Source: a virus. Taken from it: DNA of 64,000 nt. Each line of letters starts with the position of its first letter. The first letter of the stretch is position 1. The position numbers and the translations under genes were made by a program. This document shows, in pieces, positions 1 through 8,100 of this stretch. Location: IMG/VR virus record IMGVR_UViG_3300010352_001575, positions 1 through 64,000 of that record. One strand, written 5' to 3'. Below the pieces are notes generated by a model, which was not told the DNA's origin, did no database searches, and saw nothing but the letters and a program-made list of their open reading frames with translations.

Positions 1-77
1 GTCTATAGCTACCTGATCCCATAAGCCACTGATTTGGCTATATGAGTTCAGCACCGATATGGTGATAGCATTTCCCA

Positions 78-881
78 TTAGACTGGCAGTATCGGCGCGT
101 TTTCCGCAGATTCGTCCGAGTCAAACATCGGCTCGTCCGCTGCCGGAGGTACATCTGATTTCTTTACTGTTATCTTCTTCAGCCTGTTCTTCAGCAGTTC
201 CGTAGTCGCTGAGCTAGTGAACACGCCATCCTGCTTCACAACCGGAGCAACCGGTGCAGGGGTTGGAGCTGGGGCTGGCTGTGCTATTGTGCTACCCTTT
301 ACAAGCCCAGGTATCCCCGAGACAGCCGTTGAGGTAACAGCAGGAACAGCCGGAGCAGGAGCAGGTGGTATAGCTCCAGCAGGTGTTTCCATTACGAAAG
401 GTAGCAACAGCTTGGCGATTTCAAGGGCATCTTTAGCCAGTTGGGCATTGCCAGTCTTTCGGTATTCCGGATCCATTTGGATGCGTGCCTGTAGCAAGTC
501 AGTCGCCCTGTTTAAGGTAGACTGTACTGCTATCCTATACTCGCGTTCATAGCCGTCTACGATACGAGCATAGTTAGTTCTAGGTGCTGGTGCAGGTGCT
601 GATGTCGTCGTCGCGTCGGGGGCAGCCATCCCTGGCAGCTCAGCTGGAGGGGGAGGAGCGTCCTGAGCCACACCCATTACCGAGCGTATGATACCACCCC
701 GGCCATCTTCGCTAGGATCGAACTCAACATCGTAGTACCCGCCTTCCTTCAGCTTGTCCGCCTCCTCTTGCTTAAAGGTAGTCAGCTTTCCCTTGTCAGT
801 CTGTATCCACTGAAACCAAGTACCCTTTGCTTGGCTGGTCCGTGGTGCTTCCTTTCTCTTGACATAAATGACTGTTTGCAT
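78..881 (-). CDS. hypothetical protein with Pro/Ala-rich linkers and acidic tail
   Basis: 267-aa ORF, GGAG RBS; acidic C-terminus reminiscent of ssDNA-binding proteins (inference). Confidence 0.75.
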   Translation of the reverse strand: MQTVIYVKRKEAPRTSQAKGTWFQWIQTDKGKLTTFKQEEADKLKEGGYYDVEFDPSEDGRGGIIRSVMGVAQDAPPPPAELPGMAAPDATTTSAPAPAPRTNYARIVDGYEREYRIAVQSTLNRATDLLQARIQMDPEYRKTGNAQLAKDALEIAKLLLPFVMETPAGAIPPAPAPAVPAVTSTAVSGIPGLVKGSTIAQPAPAPTPAPVAPVVKQDGVFTSSATTELLKNRLKKITVKKSDVPPAADEPMFDSDESAENAPILPV

Positions 882-889
882 TGTGGCTC

Positions 890-1231
890 CTATGCTTTAC
901 CCTCGAACAGATCTGCCAGATGGCGCAGTGCGTTGGCGATAGCTACTTCACGGTTGCTTACAGCAGCTGCCGGTGCTGCGGCGTGTGCTTTGGCTGTTTC
1001 GGGCGCGTGTACCTCGGCGCTCCCAGCAACGCTAACCAGATGGGTGTACTCGCCCTTCTTAGCCACATTGACGGTAGCGGTAGTACCCTCTTTGAGCCGG
1101 CCGATCAGATGAGGGTCGAACACGCTGATATTGCCAGCGTCTGTCACGAGTTTCTCCCACGCCTTGCCAGCTTCAGTCTTGTTTACGAACACCTTCTTTA
1201 CGGTTATTACTTTTGTTTCGGTTGTTTCCAT
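890..1231 (-). CDS. hypothetical protein, possible OB-like fold
   Basis: 113-aa ORF, AAGGAG RBS. Confidence 0.7.
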   Translation of the reverse strand: METTETKVITVKKVFVNKTEAGKAWEKLVTDAGNISVFDPHLIGRLKEGTTATVNVAKKGEYTHLVSVAGSAEVHAPETAKAHAAAPAAAVSNREVAIANALRHLADLFEGKA

Positions 1232-1247
1232 TGTACATCTCCTTGTT

Positions 1248-1568
1248 TTAATTGGTGTGGTTTTCTGCTACATCTTCCAGCTCTTCTACAGATTTTCCAA
1301 GCTTGTCCTTAAACAGCTTTTCCAGTTCTTCGTACGGGACGGTAGTGATATTAACCGTCGTAGGCTGCCCGTCTTTGCTAGGAACTATTTGAACATCACA
1401 AAACGCGTGCGTCACGATGCAATGAAAGCGCTCAGTGATGTGCTGAACTGTTAGAATTTCCCGCATAGCATCGAAATGCTTTTTGCTAGGCAGCCAGTTC
1501 TTTTCTCGATCACCTATTTTCCAAATCATTATCGGTAGTTCGTGTTCTTCTGTTATTGTGTTTTCCAT
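1248..1568 (-). CDS. hypothetical protein
   Basis: 106-aa ORF, AAGGAG RBS. Confidence 0.7.
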   Translation of the reverse strand: MENTITEEHELPIMIWKIGDREKNWLPSKKHFDAMREILTVQHITERFHCIVTHAFCDVQIVPSKDGQPTTVNITTVPYEELEKLFKDKLGKSVEELEDVAENHTN

Positions 1569-1615
1569 TGTCTTCTCCTTTCTTCTGTTATTGTGTTTTC
1601 CATTGTCTTCTCCTT
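1546..1615. repeat. exact 35-bp tandem duplication covering RBS and start codon
   Basis: tcttctgttattgtgttttccattgtcttctcctt at 1546-1580 and 1581-1615. Confidence 0.95.
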
Positions 1616-1626
1616 CCTTCTGTTAG

Positions 1627-1655
1627 ATTGTACTAAATTTTGCTACCCTGGTCAA
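1627..1655 (-). promoter_or_regulatory. sigma70-like promoter
   Basis: TTGACC-17 nt-TACAAT. Confidence 0.7.
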
Positions 1656-1770
1656 GCTTCTATATTCCAGCCTGTGTCTTTTAAACATTCTTCCCACAAT
1701 TTCTTTGTTTTTAGCCATAGCACAATATCTGCTAACAGTCGTTCTTTTTTCATAGCTACTTGATAAACCC

Positions 1771-2217
1771 TCAGGCTCTCGGAGGACATATAATGCTATA
1801 CCTCCCCGTGTCAAATATCGTTGCCAGCACCGGCTTTACATCCCTCTCCCAGTCCAGTCCACCACAGCCACACCCAGGACGAGGAATCACTAGATCGTCG
1901 ATGTTGCACTCTTCTATCTTCGCTTTTATCAACCTCGCCGATTTTTCTATGAGTGCTAGGTTCGCTTTGTCTTTCCAATTGTTCTTGGTCGGAAAGGTGA
2001 TGATACGATAGCCAGCCATCAGCAGCGGAACATTTCCATGACTCTTGACATGGGCCCCAACGATGCCAGGTATCTCCTTGTGCCGGTCAGCAGCTTCCTT
2101 CGCGCACCCGGCACCCATAATCGCCCGGCCGTACTTCGTGTACTGGCCGTTGGTGGTAATGGCAATCCACCTAGCGTTGTTGTGGTACTCCCACAGGTTG
2201 CCATAGATTTCTAGCAT
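1771..2217 (-). CDS. macrodomain (ADP-ribose binding/hydrolase, DarG/TARG1-like) protein
   Basis: ITTNG..MGAGCAK, IITFPTKNNW and PRPGCGCGGLDW macrodomain motifs; start chosen at ATG 2217. Confidence 0.8.
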   Translation of the reverse strand: MLEIYGNLWEYHNNARWIAITTNGQYTKYGRAIMGAGCAKEAADRHKEIPGIVGAHVKSHGNVPLLMAGYRIITFPTKNNWKDKANLALIEKSARLIKAKIEECNIDDLVIPRPGCGCGGLDWERDVKPVLATIFDTGRYSIICPPRA

Positions 2218-2654
2218 TTCACGCCATCCGCGTCGTACAGCAAACAATCGGCCATCTGGTCGCCGACATCCAAGTCAGAGTTCAGCAACCAGGTAATGAT
2301 GCTGAACTTTTTAGCACTAATGCCCACGGCCCGCCCGCGCTTATGCTCCTCTTCTACCATTGCCTCGACAAACTTATCCAGTAGCATTAATTTCTTACTA
2401 GAGAGCTTTAGCTTTTTGTTTAACTCCAGCACTGCAGCGCTACGACTATACAGACGAACTACCTTTGGAGCTTCATCCGCAATGTTCTCTTTCTTTACCA
2501 GTTCTAGCTTTATTAATCCTACATTGGGACAGTAGGCCGGATTGGGGTCGAAGTCGACATCGCAATAATGAACTTGCGCCCTGCCGGTGCATTTGCTAGC
2601 AAACTCACACCTACCGTGTATTTTCTCCGCACAAGAAAACGTAGATTGTATCAT
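2211..2654 (-). CDS. hypothetical protein, Cys-rich N-terminus
   Basis: 147-aa ORF in the gene chain. Confidence 0.65.
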   Translation of the reverse strand: MIQSTFSCAEKIHGRCEFASKCTGRAQVHYCDVDFDPNPAYCPNVGLIKLELVKKENIADEAPKVVRLYSRSAAVLELNKKLKLSSKKLMLLDKFVEAMVEEEHKRGRAVGISAKKFSIITWLLNSDLDVGDQMADCLLYDADGVKC

Positions 2655-2655
2655 G

Positions 2656-3291
2656 CTATCCTCCAGCCACTTCTAGCATTACCGACATAGGTATCTCCTG
2701 CCCGTCTTTGAACCCCATCTTCAGCAGCGTCTGCGCCAGCGCTTCCGAAGGATGCGTGTCCGTAGCATCATACCGCGGCGAGCGATAATCACAGAAGGTG
2801 AACTTAGGCACAGCCACATCTGCCATATTTATCAGCGCGCGTACCTCGTTCGGGAACCGCACATCAGCGCAAATAACGCTAAGCCGCTGGGTGATGACAT
2901 AGTTTCTCGCCTTGCGCACAAAGATATCAACCCAATAGTTCGGCATCCGGGACCTGATCATATCAGTCCCGACGCGCTGCAACACCTTACGGCCAGTGAG
3001 GGCATCGCGCGTGGCGGTATCGACAAAAGAAGATATCAGCCGGTTTACGAATCCTTTGTGCAATCCGATAACTGACGACTTGAAGTTATCGTACTCCTTC
3101 TCGTCGGTGGGAACCGGGAAGCCAAGCAAGTCCTCTACCATCTCAAACAGTCCATCCTTGAAGTCCAGGGCTGCCGCGTGCGCGCAAACGCTCTCGGTAT
3201 TCTTGTCGTTTAATATCTTGTTGCGCGTGAAGGTCTTGCCACTACCGCGAACTCCTAGGAGTCCGATCACTTCAGGTTTTTGATTTGTCAT
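2656..3291 (-). CDS. deoxynucleoside monophosphate kinase (T4 gp1-like)
   Basis: IGLLGVRGSGKT P-loop, GRKVLQRVGTDMIR, WV, DVRFPNE and HPSE motifs. Confidence 0.85.
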   Translation of the reverse strand: MTNQKPEVIGLLGVRGSGKTFTRNKILNDKNTESVCAHAAALDFKDGLFEMVEDLLGFPVPTDEKEYDNFKSSVIGLHKGFVNRLISSFVDTATRDALTGRKVLQRVGTDMIRSRMPNYWVDIFVRKARNYVITQRLSVICADVRFPNEVRALINMADVAVPKFTFCDYRSPRYDATDTHPSEALAQTLLKMGFKDGQEIPMSVMLEVAGG

Positions 3292-3622
3292 TCTTATTCC
3301 TTTTACTCCAGCCTACAACTTTGTCATACCGAGCGCTTTTAGGCCTGGTTAGGGTAAGTACCTCGATCGGCCTATGCAGCAAAGCCTCCAAGCACATATC
3401 GGCGTTGTCTACGAAGATAGGGCTAGGTTCCTGCTTAGCGAAGCGGAAATCAGGTCCTATCGCGCGGTGCACGGACACAACATTTAGCTCGGGGTACATA
3501 TCTTTCAATCTTTTTGCCTCTTCGGCGCTGAACGCGACAAAGATACCGCCACGCAACAAGCACACCTCTACCGCCTTGGTAGTTTTGCCGCCGCCTTTGG
3601 AGGATAGTATTACCTTGCTCAT
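3272..3622 (-). CDS. small P-loop-like protein
   Basis: GGGKTT Walker A-like and IFVD Walker B-like motifs, 116 aa. Confidence 0.55.
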   Translation of the reverse strand: MSKVILSSKGGGKTTKAVEVCLLRGGIFVAFSAEEAKRLKDMYPELNVVSVHRAIGPDFRFAKQEPSPIFVDNADMCLEALLHRPIEVLTLTRPKSARYDKVVGWSKRNKNDKSKT

Positions 3623-3909
3623 TTCTTGCCACCAAATTTCTTAGGTATCAAGATATAATTATCAACCGCAATTAGCACGTATTCAGCGTCACACGGCACG
3701 TCTGTGCGAGTAATACTAGAGCATATGTGTCTTACTTGGTATTTTTTACTCAGCTTAGCCACGTCGGCGGCTGTCTCAGCCTGTAGCTTACCCTTGGCTG
3801 CTAAGGTCGCAGCCGTTGTATCTCCCTCACTGTATGGTATTCGAGCTAGCGTAGAGTAGGTATATATGGATTTGCGTGTTAACAACTTGTCTTTGGTCGT
3901 GTTTTTCAT
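3619..3909 (-). CDS. hypothetical protein
   Basis: 96-aa ORF with ATGA overlap. Confidence 0.65.
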   Translation of the reverse strand: MKNTTKDKLLTRKSIYTYSTLARIPYSEGDTTAATLAAKGKLQAETAADVAKLSKKYQVRHICSSITRTDVPCDAEYVLIAVDNYILIPKKFGGKK

Positions 3910-4023
3910 TTCTTATCCTTTTTACCGAACCACCAGGTCCAGCTCACCGACCACTCATTCTCACGAGTCTTGCCGATGAGCATATGGAACAACCGCGTTA
4001 TTAGGCTCATACCTGTATACGAA

Positions 4024-4578
4024 TTACTTTACTTTTGCTTTACTAACAGGCTTGCTGGCTTTCTTGGCTGAGACCTTTTTAGGCATAGCTGCCTTTGCAG
4101 CCTCGGCTATCTGACGATCCAGCGCGGCGGTACACATACAGCTAGTGTAAGGGACCTTGTTTGCCGCCTGATCTGCTCGAGATAAGAAAATAGCGCTATA
4201 CTTGTCACAGAGACAGACCTGATTATTTACGCTCACCTTATCGCAGGTATCTGCAGGACAGGCAACGCTAGTAAAATCATTGCCTGGAGTTATGCTAATG
4301 GTCAGTCCACTATCAGTATACTGGTACCGGCTGACTGTAGATTTCTTGACAGGCAGGTACCTATCTGCGCCTATAGTTGCGCTAGGTATGCCCTCAGCAC
4401 AAGCTAGCGTAATGCCAACATAGAAGTAATTCTTATCAGAACTAGTTTTGCCAGTAAGACAGGCATTCTCTATATGTAGCGCAGGAACCCCAGCATCGGG
4501 CGCTTTCACAACCTGTTTGTTAACACAGCCAGCCAGTACTGCTATTGCACAAAGTAATACATAGTACGATGCTTTCAT
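4024..4578 (-). CDS. putative Cys-rich lipoprotein
   Basis: signal peptide with LAGC lipobox; GGAG RBS before ATG 4578. Confidence 0.7.
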   Translation of the reverse strand: MKASYYVLLCAIAVLAGCVNKQVVKAPDAGVPALHIENACLTGKTSSDKNYFYVGITLACAEGIPSATIGADRYLPVKKSTVSRYQYTDSGLTISITPGNDFTSVACPADTCDKVSVNNQVCLCDKYSAIFLSRADQAANKVPYTSCMCTAALDRQIAEAAKAAMPKKVSAKKASKPVSKAKVK

Positions 4579-4593
4579 TTTGTTCTCCAGTAT

Positions 4594-4628
4594 AAAAGAG
4601 CCCCCACCGGTTTGACCCGGCAGGGGCA
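4594..4628 (-). terminator. intrinsic terminator
   Basis: GC-rich hairpin gcccc..ggggc followed by TCTTTT on the minus strand. Confidence 0.55.
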
Positions 4629-4633
4629 TCAGT

Positions 4634-5101
4634 TTAGAACCGCTTTTTTGCTCCGGCGTAGAAACCATAGTTGTATGCTGGTTCAGATAATTCCCTAGAA
4701 CCCCATATACCCACGGTCGCCAATTCTAGCCACGATGGCGTAGTTGGCGTTATCTTCTTTACAAACGCGTTGATGCTAGCGTTATCCATAGCTGCCTTAC
4801 CTACGGCTATATCAACCATAGCTATCGGAATAGCATTGCCTGACATATATGTAGGTGTGATAATACCAGTGCCAACCACAAAGTACCCGTGGTTATCTAT
4901 GGTATAGATGGGCGTAGTAGCGCCGCCGTACCAACCACCGTTGCGACAGTTGAAGAACATACCGGCAGTGAGGGACTCGGCGATGTTCCAATGCGTGGGG
5001 GTAGCAGGAGTTGTGAGAGTACCGGTGCTGCTCATTTCTTCGGCGCGGACGGCAGAAGAGAGCGACAGCGATAGGATTACAGCCATTAACAGTTGCTTCA
5101 T
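4634..5101 (-). CDS. secreted or membrane protein
   Basis: signal peptide ending AVRA-E; aromatic C-terminus. Confidence 0.7.
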   Translation of the reverse strand: MKQLLMAVILSLSLSSAVRAEEMSSTGTLTTPATPTHWNIAESLTAGMFFNCRNGGWYGGATTPIYTIDNHGYFVVGTGIITPTYMSGNAIPIAMVDIAVGKAAMDNASINAFVKKITPTTPSWLELATVGIWGSRELSEPAYNYGFYAGAKKRF

Positions 5102-5129
5102 TGCTTGCTCCTTTGGCTAAGATAATAAC

Positions 5130-5158
5130 ATCATACAAATTTTTCCGCTCAGTGTCAA
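5130..5158 (-). promoter_or_regulatory. sigma70-like promoter
   Basis: TTGACA-17 nt-TATGAT. Confidence 0.8.
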
Positions 5159-5160
5159 GC

Positions 5161-5198
5161 AAAATAAAAACGCCCACCGGTTAAGGCGGGCGCTTTTA
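5161..5198 (-). terminator. intrinsic terminator closing the tRNA island
   Basis: cgcccgcc/ggtgggcg hairpin followed by TTTTTATTTT. Confidence 0.8.
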
Positions 5199-5205
5199 TC
5201 ACAAA

Positions 5206-5280
5206 TGGTTCCGGGACCAGGGCTTGAACCTGATCTACGAAGTCCAAAGCTTCGTGTGCTACCATTACACTATCCCGGAA
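5206..5280 (-). tRNA. tRNA-Gln(UUG)
   Basis: cloverleaf, anticodon loop CTTTGGA, CCA encoded. Confidence 0.9.
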
Positions 5281-5282
5281 TG

Positions 5283-5888
5283 TCAGTCCTGCTCTAGCTC
5301 GGTGTGCCAGTACGCCACATCGAGGACTTTCTGCCAAGACTCTCTGACCTTGATGGGCAACGTTGCTCCTATTACGATACCGTTCCCGTGCCACTTCGGC
5401 TTGCTCGGCAGGTAGTGCATCTTCATACCGGCCTCACGCGGGGTGCGGTCCGCTTTAGCAGTATTGCACTTATAGCAAGAGGCCACGATGTTGTCCCATC
5501 CTGTCTTTCCGCCGTGAGAGCGAGGCACCACATGGTCAAAGTTCAGCTCTTTCGACTTGAACTTTTTTCCGCAGTACGCGCAGCGATAGTCGTAGTGTTC
5601 GAAGATATTCTTGCGAGTGAAACGAACCGTACGCTGTGGCAGCCTGTCATACTTCGTAAGGCGTATCATCGACGGTATGGCTATACGCATCGAAGGAGAG
5701 TGAACGAACCCGTTAGGGTTGTCAGCCATCAGCTTAGACAACTCAGCCCAATCAGCAAAGTCGAAAGCCTGGTAGTTATCGTCAAGTGCCTGGGCGTGTC
5801 CCTGGAACAGCAGGCACATAATCTTCTCCCACGAAGCCACCTGCACGGCCGTGAAATTTCTGTTTAAAACTAGCGTCGACGCGTTCAT
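5283..5888 (-). CDS. HNH endonuclease (McrA-like)
   Basis: CAYCG, DHVVPRSHGG, WDNIVASCYKCNTAK motifs. Confidence 0.9.
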   Translation of the reverse strand: MNASTLVLNRNFTAVQVASWEKIMCLLFQGHAQALDDNYQAFDFADWAELSKLMADNPNGFVHSPSMRIAIPSMIRLTKYDRLPQRTVRFTRKNIFEHYDYRCAYCGKKFKSKELNFDHVVPRSHGGKTGWDNIVASCYKCNTAKADRTPREAGMKMHYLPSKPKWHGNGIVIGATLPIKVRESWQKVLDVAYWHTELEQD

Positions 5889-5914
5889 CTATACCTCCTT
5901 CGTTAAGTTTCAAA

Positions 5915-5989
5915 TGGAGCCCCGGAGCGGATTTGAACCGCCATCACCTACCTACCGAGTAGGTGCTCTGCCATTGAGCTACGCGGGGC
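5915..5989 (-). tRNA. tRNA-Thr(GGU)
   Basis: cloverleaf, loop TCGGTAG (C33), CCA. Confidence 0.85.
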
Positions 5990-5993
5990 GCTA

Positions 5994-6066
5994 AGCTGAG
6001 AGTGGGCATCGAACCCACAGCCTGCCGCTTACGATGCGGCTGCTCCGCCAATTGAGCTATCTCAGC
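5994..6066 (-). tRNA. tRNA-Thr(CGU)
   Basis: cloverleaf, loop ATCGTAA, CCA not encoded. Confidence 0.85.
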
Positions 6067-6069
6067 ATA

Positions 6070-6145
6070 TGGCGCGCTTGGCAAGAATTGAACTTGCAAC
6101 CCCTTCCTTCGCAGGGAAGTGCTCTGTCCGTTGAGCTACAAGCGC
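6070..6145 (-). tRNA. tRNA-Arg(GCG)
   Basis: cloverleaf, loop CTGCGAA, CCA. Confidence 0.9.
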
Positions 6146-6150
6146 CTAAA

Positions 6151-6228
6151 TGGTTGCGAGGGGCAGGAGTCGAACCTGCTATCACGAGCTTATGAGACTC
6201 GTATGGTTATCCGTTCCACTTCCCCGCA
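6151..6228 (-). tRNA. tRNA-Met(CAU), initiator-like acceptor stem
   Basis: loop CTCATAA, GCGGGG acceptor, CCA. Confidence 0.8.
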
Positions 6229-6231
6229 AGA

Positions 6232-6307
6232 TGGTACCAGGAAGCAGTATCGCACTGCTGTCTGTGGCTTATGAGACCACCGCTCTAACTATTTGAGCTA
6301 TCCTGGC
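6232..6307 (-). tRNA. tRNA with CAU anticodon (Met or Ile2)
   Basis: cloverleaf, loop CTCATAA, CCA. Confidence 0.8.
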
Positions 6308-6314
6308 TTAAATT

Positions 6315-6389
6315 TGGAGCCCCCACCCGGATTTGCGCCGAGCTCTATCCCTTACAAGGGGATTGCATCGCTGTCTATGCTTTAAGGGC
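6315..6389 (-). tRNA. tRNA-Thr(UGU)
   Basis: loop CTTGTAA, CCA. Confidence 0.85.
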
Positions 6390-6391
6390 AC

Positions 6392-6467
6392 TGGGGTGGT
6401 CGAGGAGGTTCGAACTCCCGCTAACTGGGCCACGGCCAGTTGTGCAAGCCGCTACACTACGACCACC
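6392..6467 (-). tRNA. tRNA-His(GUG)
   Basis: G-1, C73, loop CCGTGGC (C33), CCA. Confidence 0.9.
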
Positions 6468-6600
6468 ATCTTACCGACCGCCCCGTTCGGGTATAGGCCG
6501 GCCCTAAAACAACTGGTTTTACCACAAAAGCGGAGATAAACACGCGCATTCTCCGCACAAACTACGGATATCGCCCCGGACGGGTATACCTCTTCAAAGC

Positions 6601-6685
6601 TGGTGCGCACACCCGGACTCGCACCGGGACGACCTTTCGGCCACGAAGCTCTCGACCTCGCGCGTCTGCATTTCGCCATATGCGC
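6601..6685 (-). tRNA. tRNA-Leu(GAG)
   Basis: long variable arm, loop TCGAGAG (C33), CCA. Confidence 0.85.
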
Positions 6686-6692
6686 AAATTAA

Positions 6693-6821
6693 TTGTGCGG
6701 TTTGGACATTGCTGTTACGCAACCTCTTGAGTGTGTGGTTGCTTGTATCATAACAGAGCCACATGCTGGTTGCTTCCTCGGGCTGATACATCCCTTAGCG
6801 TGTCTATTCACGCCCGCACAA
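6693..6821 (-). ncRNA. unclassified structured RNA with D-arm-like hairpin
   Basis: closing stem TTGTGCGG/CCGCACAA, GTGAATAGACAC hairpin, internal TGTATCA/TGATACA stem. Confidence 0.5.
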
Positions 6822-6826
6822 ATCTA

Positions 6827-6952
6827 TTGTACAGGTCTGGTATAACTCCAGAATATCCCGGCGTGTACACACCGTTCATCTCCAGGTAGCTGAGTTCACG
6901 GACGCAGCTTTTACGTGACGATTACTGGTGGCGCTATCGCGCCCCTGTACAA
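6827..6952 (-). ncRNA. tRNA-like RNA with large central insertion
   Basis: closing stem TTGTACAGG/CCTGTACAA, D-like GGCGC/GCGCC hairpin, T-like TCTGG-AGTTATA-CCAGA hairpin. Confidence 0.55.
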
Positions 6953-6958
6953 ATCTAT

Positions 6959-7069
6959 CGCCCGGGCCAGACTCGAAACTGGCTATCTCTCTATGGGTTG
7001 CGTCATAGCGGCGTCCCAATGTTGAGAGCAGGTATTGTCTTACCAATGTGTCCATCCACATCGCCGGGC
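6959..7069 (-). ncRNA. tRNA-like RNA with large central insertion
   Basis: acceptor GCCCGG/CCGGGC, D-like GTGGATGGACAC, T-arm GCCAG-TTTCGAGT-CTGGC. Confidence 0.6.
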
Positions 7070-7074
7070 AAATC

Positions 7075-7163
7075 TGGTGCAGGAGGAGGGATTTGAACCC
7101 TCACGGCCAGTTAAGACCATCCGTTCTTGAGACGGACGCGTACGCCAATTCCGCCACTCCTGC
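7075..7163 (-). tRNA. tRNA-Leu(CAA)
   Basis: canonical class II cloverleaf, loop CTCAAGA, CCA. Confidence 0.95.
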
Positions 7164-7166
7164 ATG

Positions 7167-7251
7167 CGGAAGCTTGATCACTCGAAGACCAGCCCCAAAG
7201 GGGCCCAGCCGCTTTCGAAACGGCGCCCGCACCCTGGCGGGTTAAGCTTCC
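7167..7251 (-). tRNA. tRNA-Ser(CGA)
   Basis: long variable arm, loop TTCGAAA, G73. Confidence 0.85.
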
Positions 7252-7442
7252 AATTTCATCTTTTTGTACTGCTTAATTATTTCTACGTGTTCCCCATAAC
7301 CTAAGCCGCGACGAGCCAAAACAAAACCGGATACCTCTCCGCACTTCTCGCATTTATGTAACAGGCCTATGCAATCCTCGCCCATATCGTGCTTGCTTAT
7401 CAAAACATTTTTGTGTCCAACCAGCCAACAAGGTAGTTTCAT
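7242..7442 (-). CDS. small Zn-binding hypothetical protein (probably leaderless)
   Basis: MKLPCWLVGHK..HKCEKCG; ATG 7 nt after the -10 box. Confidence 0.55.
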   Translation of the reverse strand: MKLPCWLVGHKNVLISKHDMGEDCIGLLHKCEKCGEVSGFVLARRGLGYGEHVEIIKQYKKMKLEA

Positions 7443-7449
7443 ATCTGTC

Positions 7450-7478
7450 ATCCTACAAAATTTTACAACGCGTGTCAA
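7450..7478 (-). promoter_or_regulatory. sigma70-like promoter
   Basis: TTGACA-17 nt-TAGGAT. Confidence 0.75.
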
Positions 7479-7489
7479 GCAGAAAGTTA

Positions 7490-7562
7490 AGGGCCGAGGG
7501 AGAATTGAACTCACCGATTACTGGTTTTGCAGACCAGCGCCTTACCGTTTGGCTATCGGCCC
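7490..7562 (-). tRNA. tRNA-Cys(GCA)
   Basis: loop CTGCAAA, U73. Confidence 0.9.
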
Positions 7563-7567
7563 GGAAA

Positions 7568-7659
7568 TGGAGGTAGGCTGAGGAGTTGAGCCCCAAGCGG
7601 CTCTTCGCCGCTCCGACTGTTTTCAAGACAGCGCCAGCCGCCGGGCTGGTTAACCTACC
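7568..7659 (-). tRNA. tRNA-Ser(UGA)
   Basis: long variable arm, loop CTTGAAA, CCA. Confidence 0.85.
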
Positions 7660-7663
7660 GAAA

Positions 7664-7738
7664 TGGTAGCAGCAGAGGTAGTCGCAACCTCATTTCCACC
7701 TTGAGAGGGTGGCGAACTGACTGTTGTTCGATGCTGCC
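7664..7738 (-). tRNA. tRNA-Glu(CUC)
   Basis: loop CTCTCAA, CCA. Confidence 0.85.
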
Positions 7739-7741
7739 ATA

Positions 7742-7816
7742 CAGCCGGGGCACGGATCGAACGTGCCTTGTTACGCATTAACAGTGCGTCCCCGTCACCC
7801 TGATGGGTACCCGGCT
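7742..7816 (-). tRNA. tRNA-Asn(GUU)
   Basis: loop CTGTTAA, GTTCGA T-loop, G73. Confidence 0.8.
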
Positions 7817-7817
7817 A

Positions 7818-7907
7818 TGGCGGAGAGCAGAACATTCGAAGTTCAGTCCCTTGCAGGACCCAGCTGCTTTCCAAGCAGTGCCGGCACGCCTGTCCGGTTT
7901 ACTCTCC
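7818..7907 (-). tRNA. tRNA-Ser(GGA)
   Basis: long variable arm, loop TTGGAAA, CCA. Confidence 0.85.
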
Positions 7908-7914
7908 TAAAGTG

Positions 7915-8099
7915 TTTAGAACCAAGACCTGGAGTACAACATTCCAGCCTTTCTGGCTTGTTATTCCCGGGGGCCTATAGACGTTTCAAGATAGTCTATC
8001 AGTCAACTCGCGTTAATTAGACGCTTGTTAATACCTTTTCAGGAGTCTTTCTGGGCTCTATCCTACCTATCAATCATAGGTTGACGTCTTGATTCTAAA
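7915..8099 (-). ncRNA. unclassified ~185-nt structured RNA
   Basis: 14-bp closing stem TTTAGAATCAAGAC/GTCTTGGTTCTAAA with internal hairpins. Confidence 0.55.
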
Positions 8100-8100
8100 G

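Noticed and set aside
6750-6792. SRP helix-8 or SAM-riboswitch resemblance (CAGCCCGAGGAAGCAACC)
   Set aside because: Only partial similarity; the required pairings are absent.
7568-7659. tRNA-Sec
   Set aside because: Anticodon is UGA (Ser), not UCA, and the acceptor stem is 7 bp.
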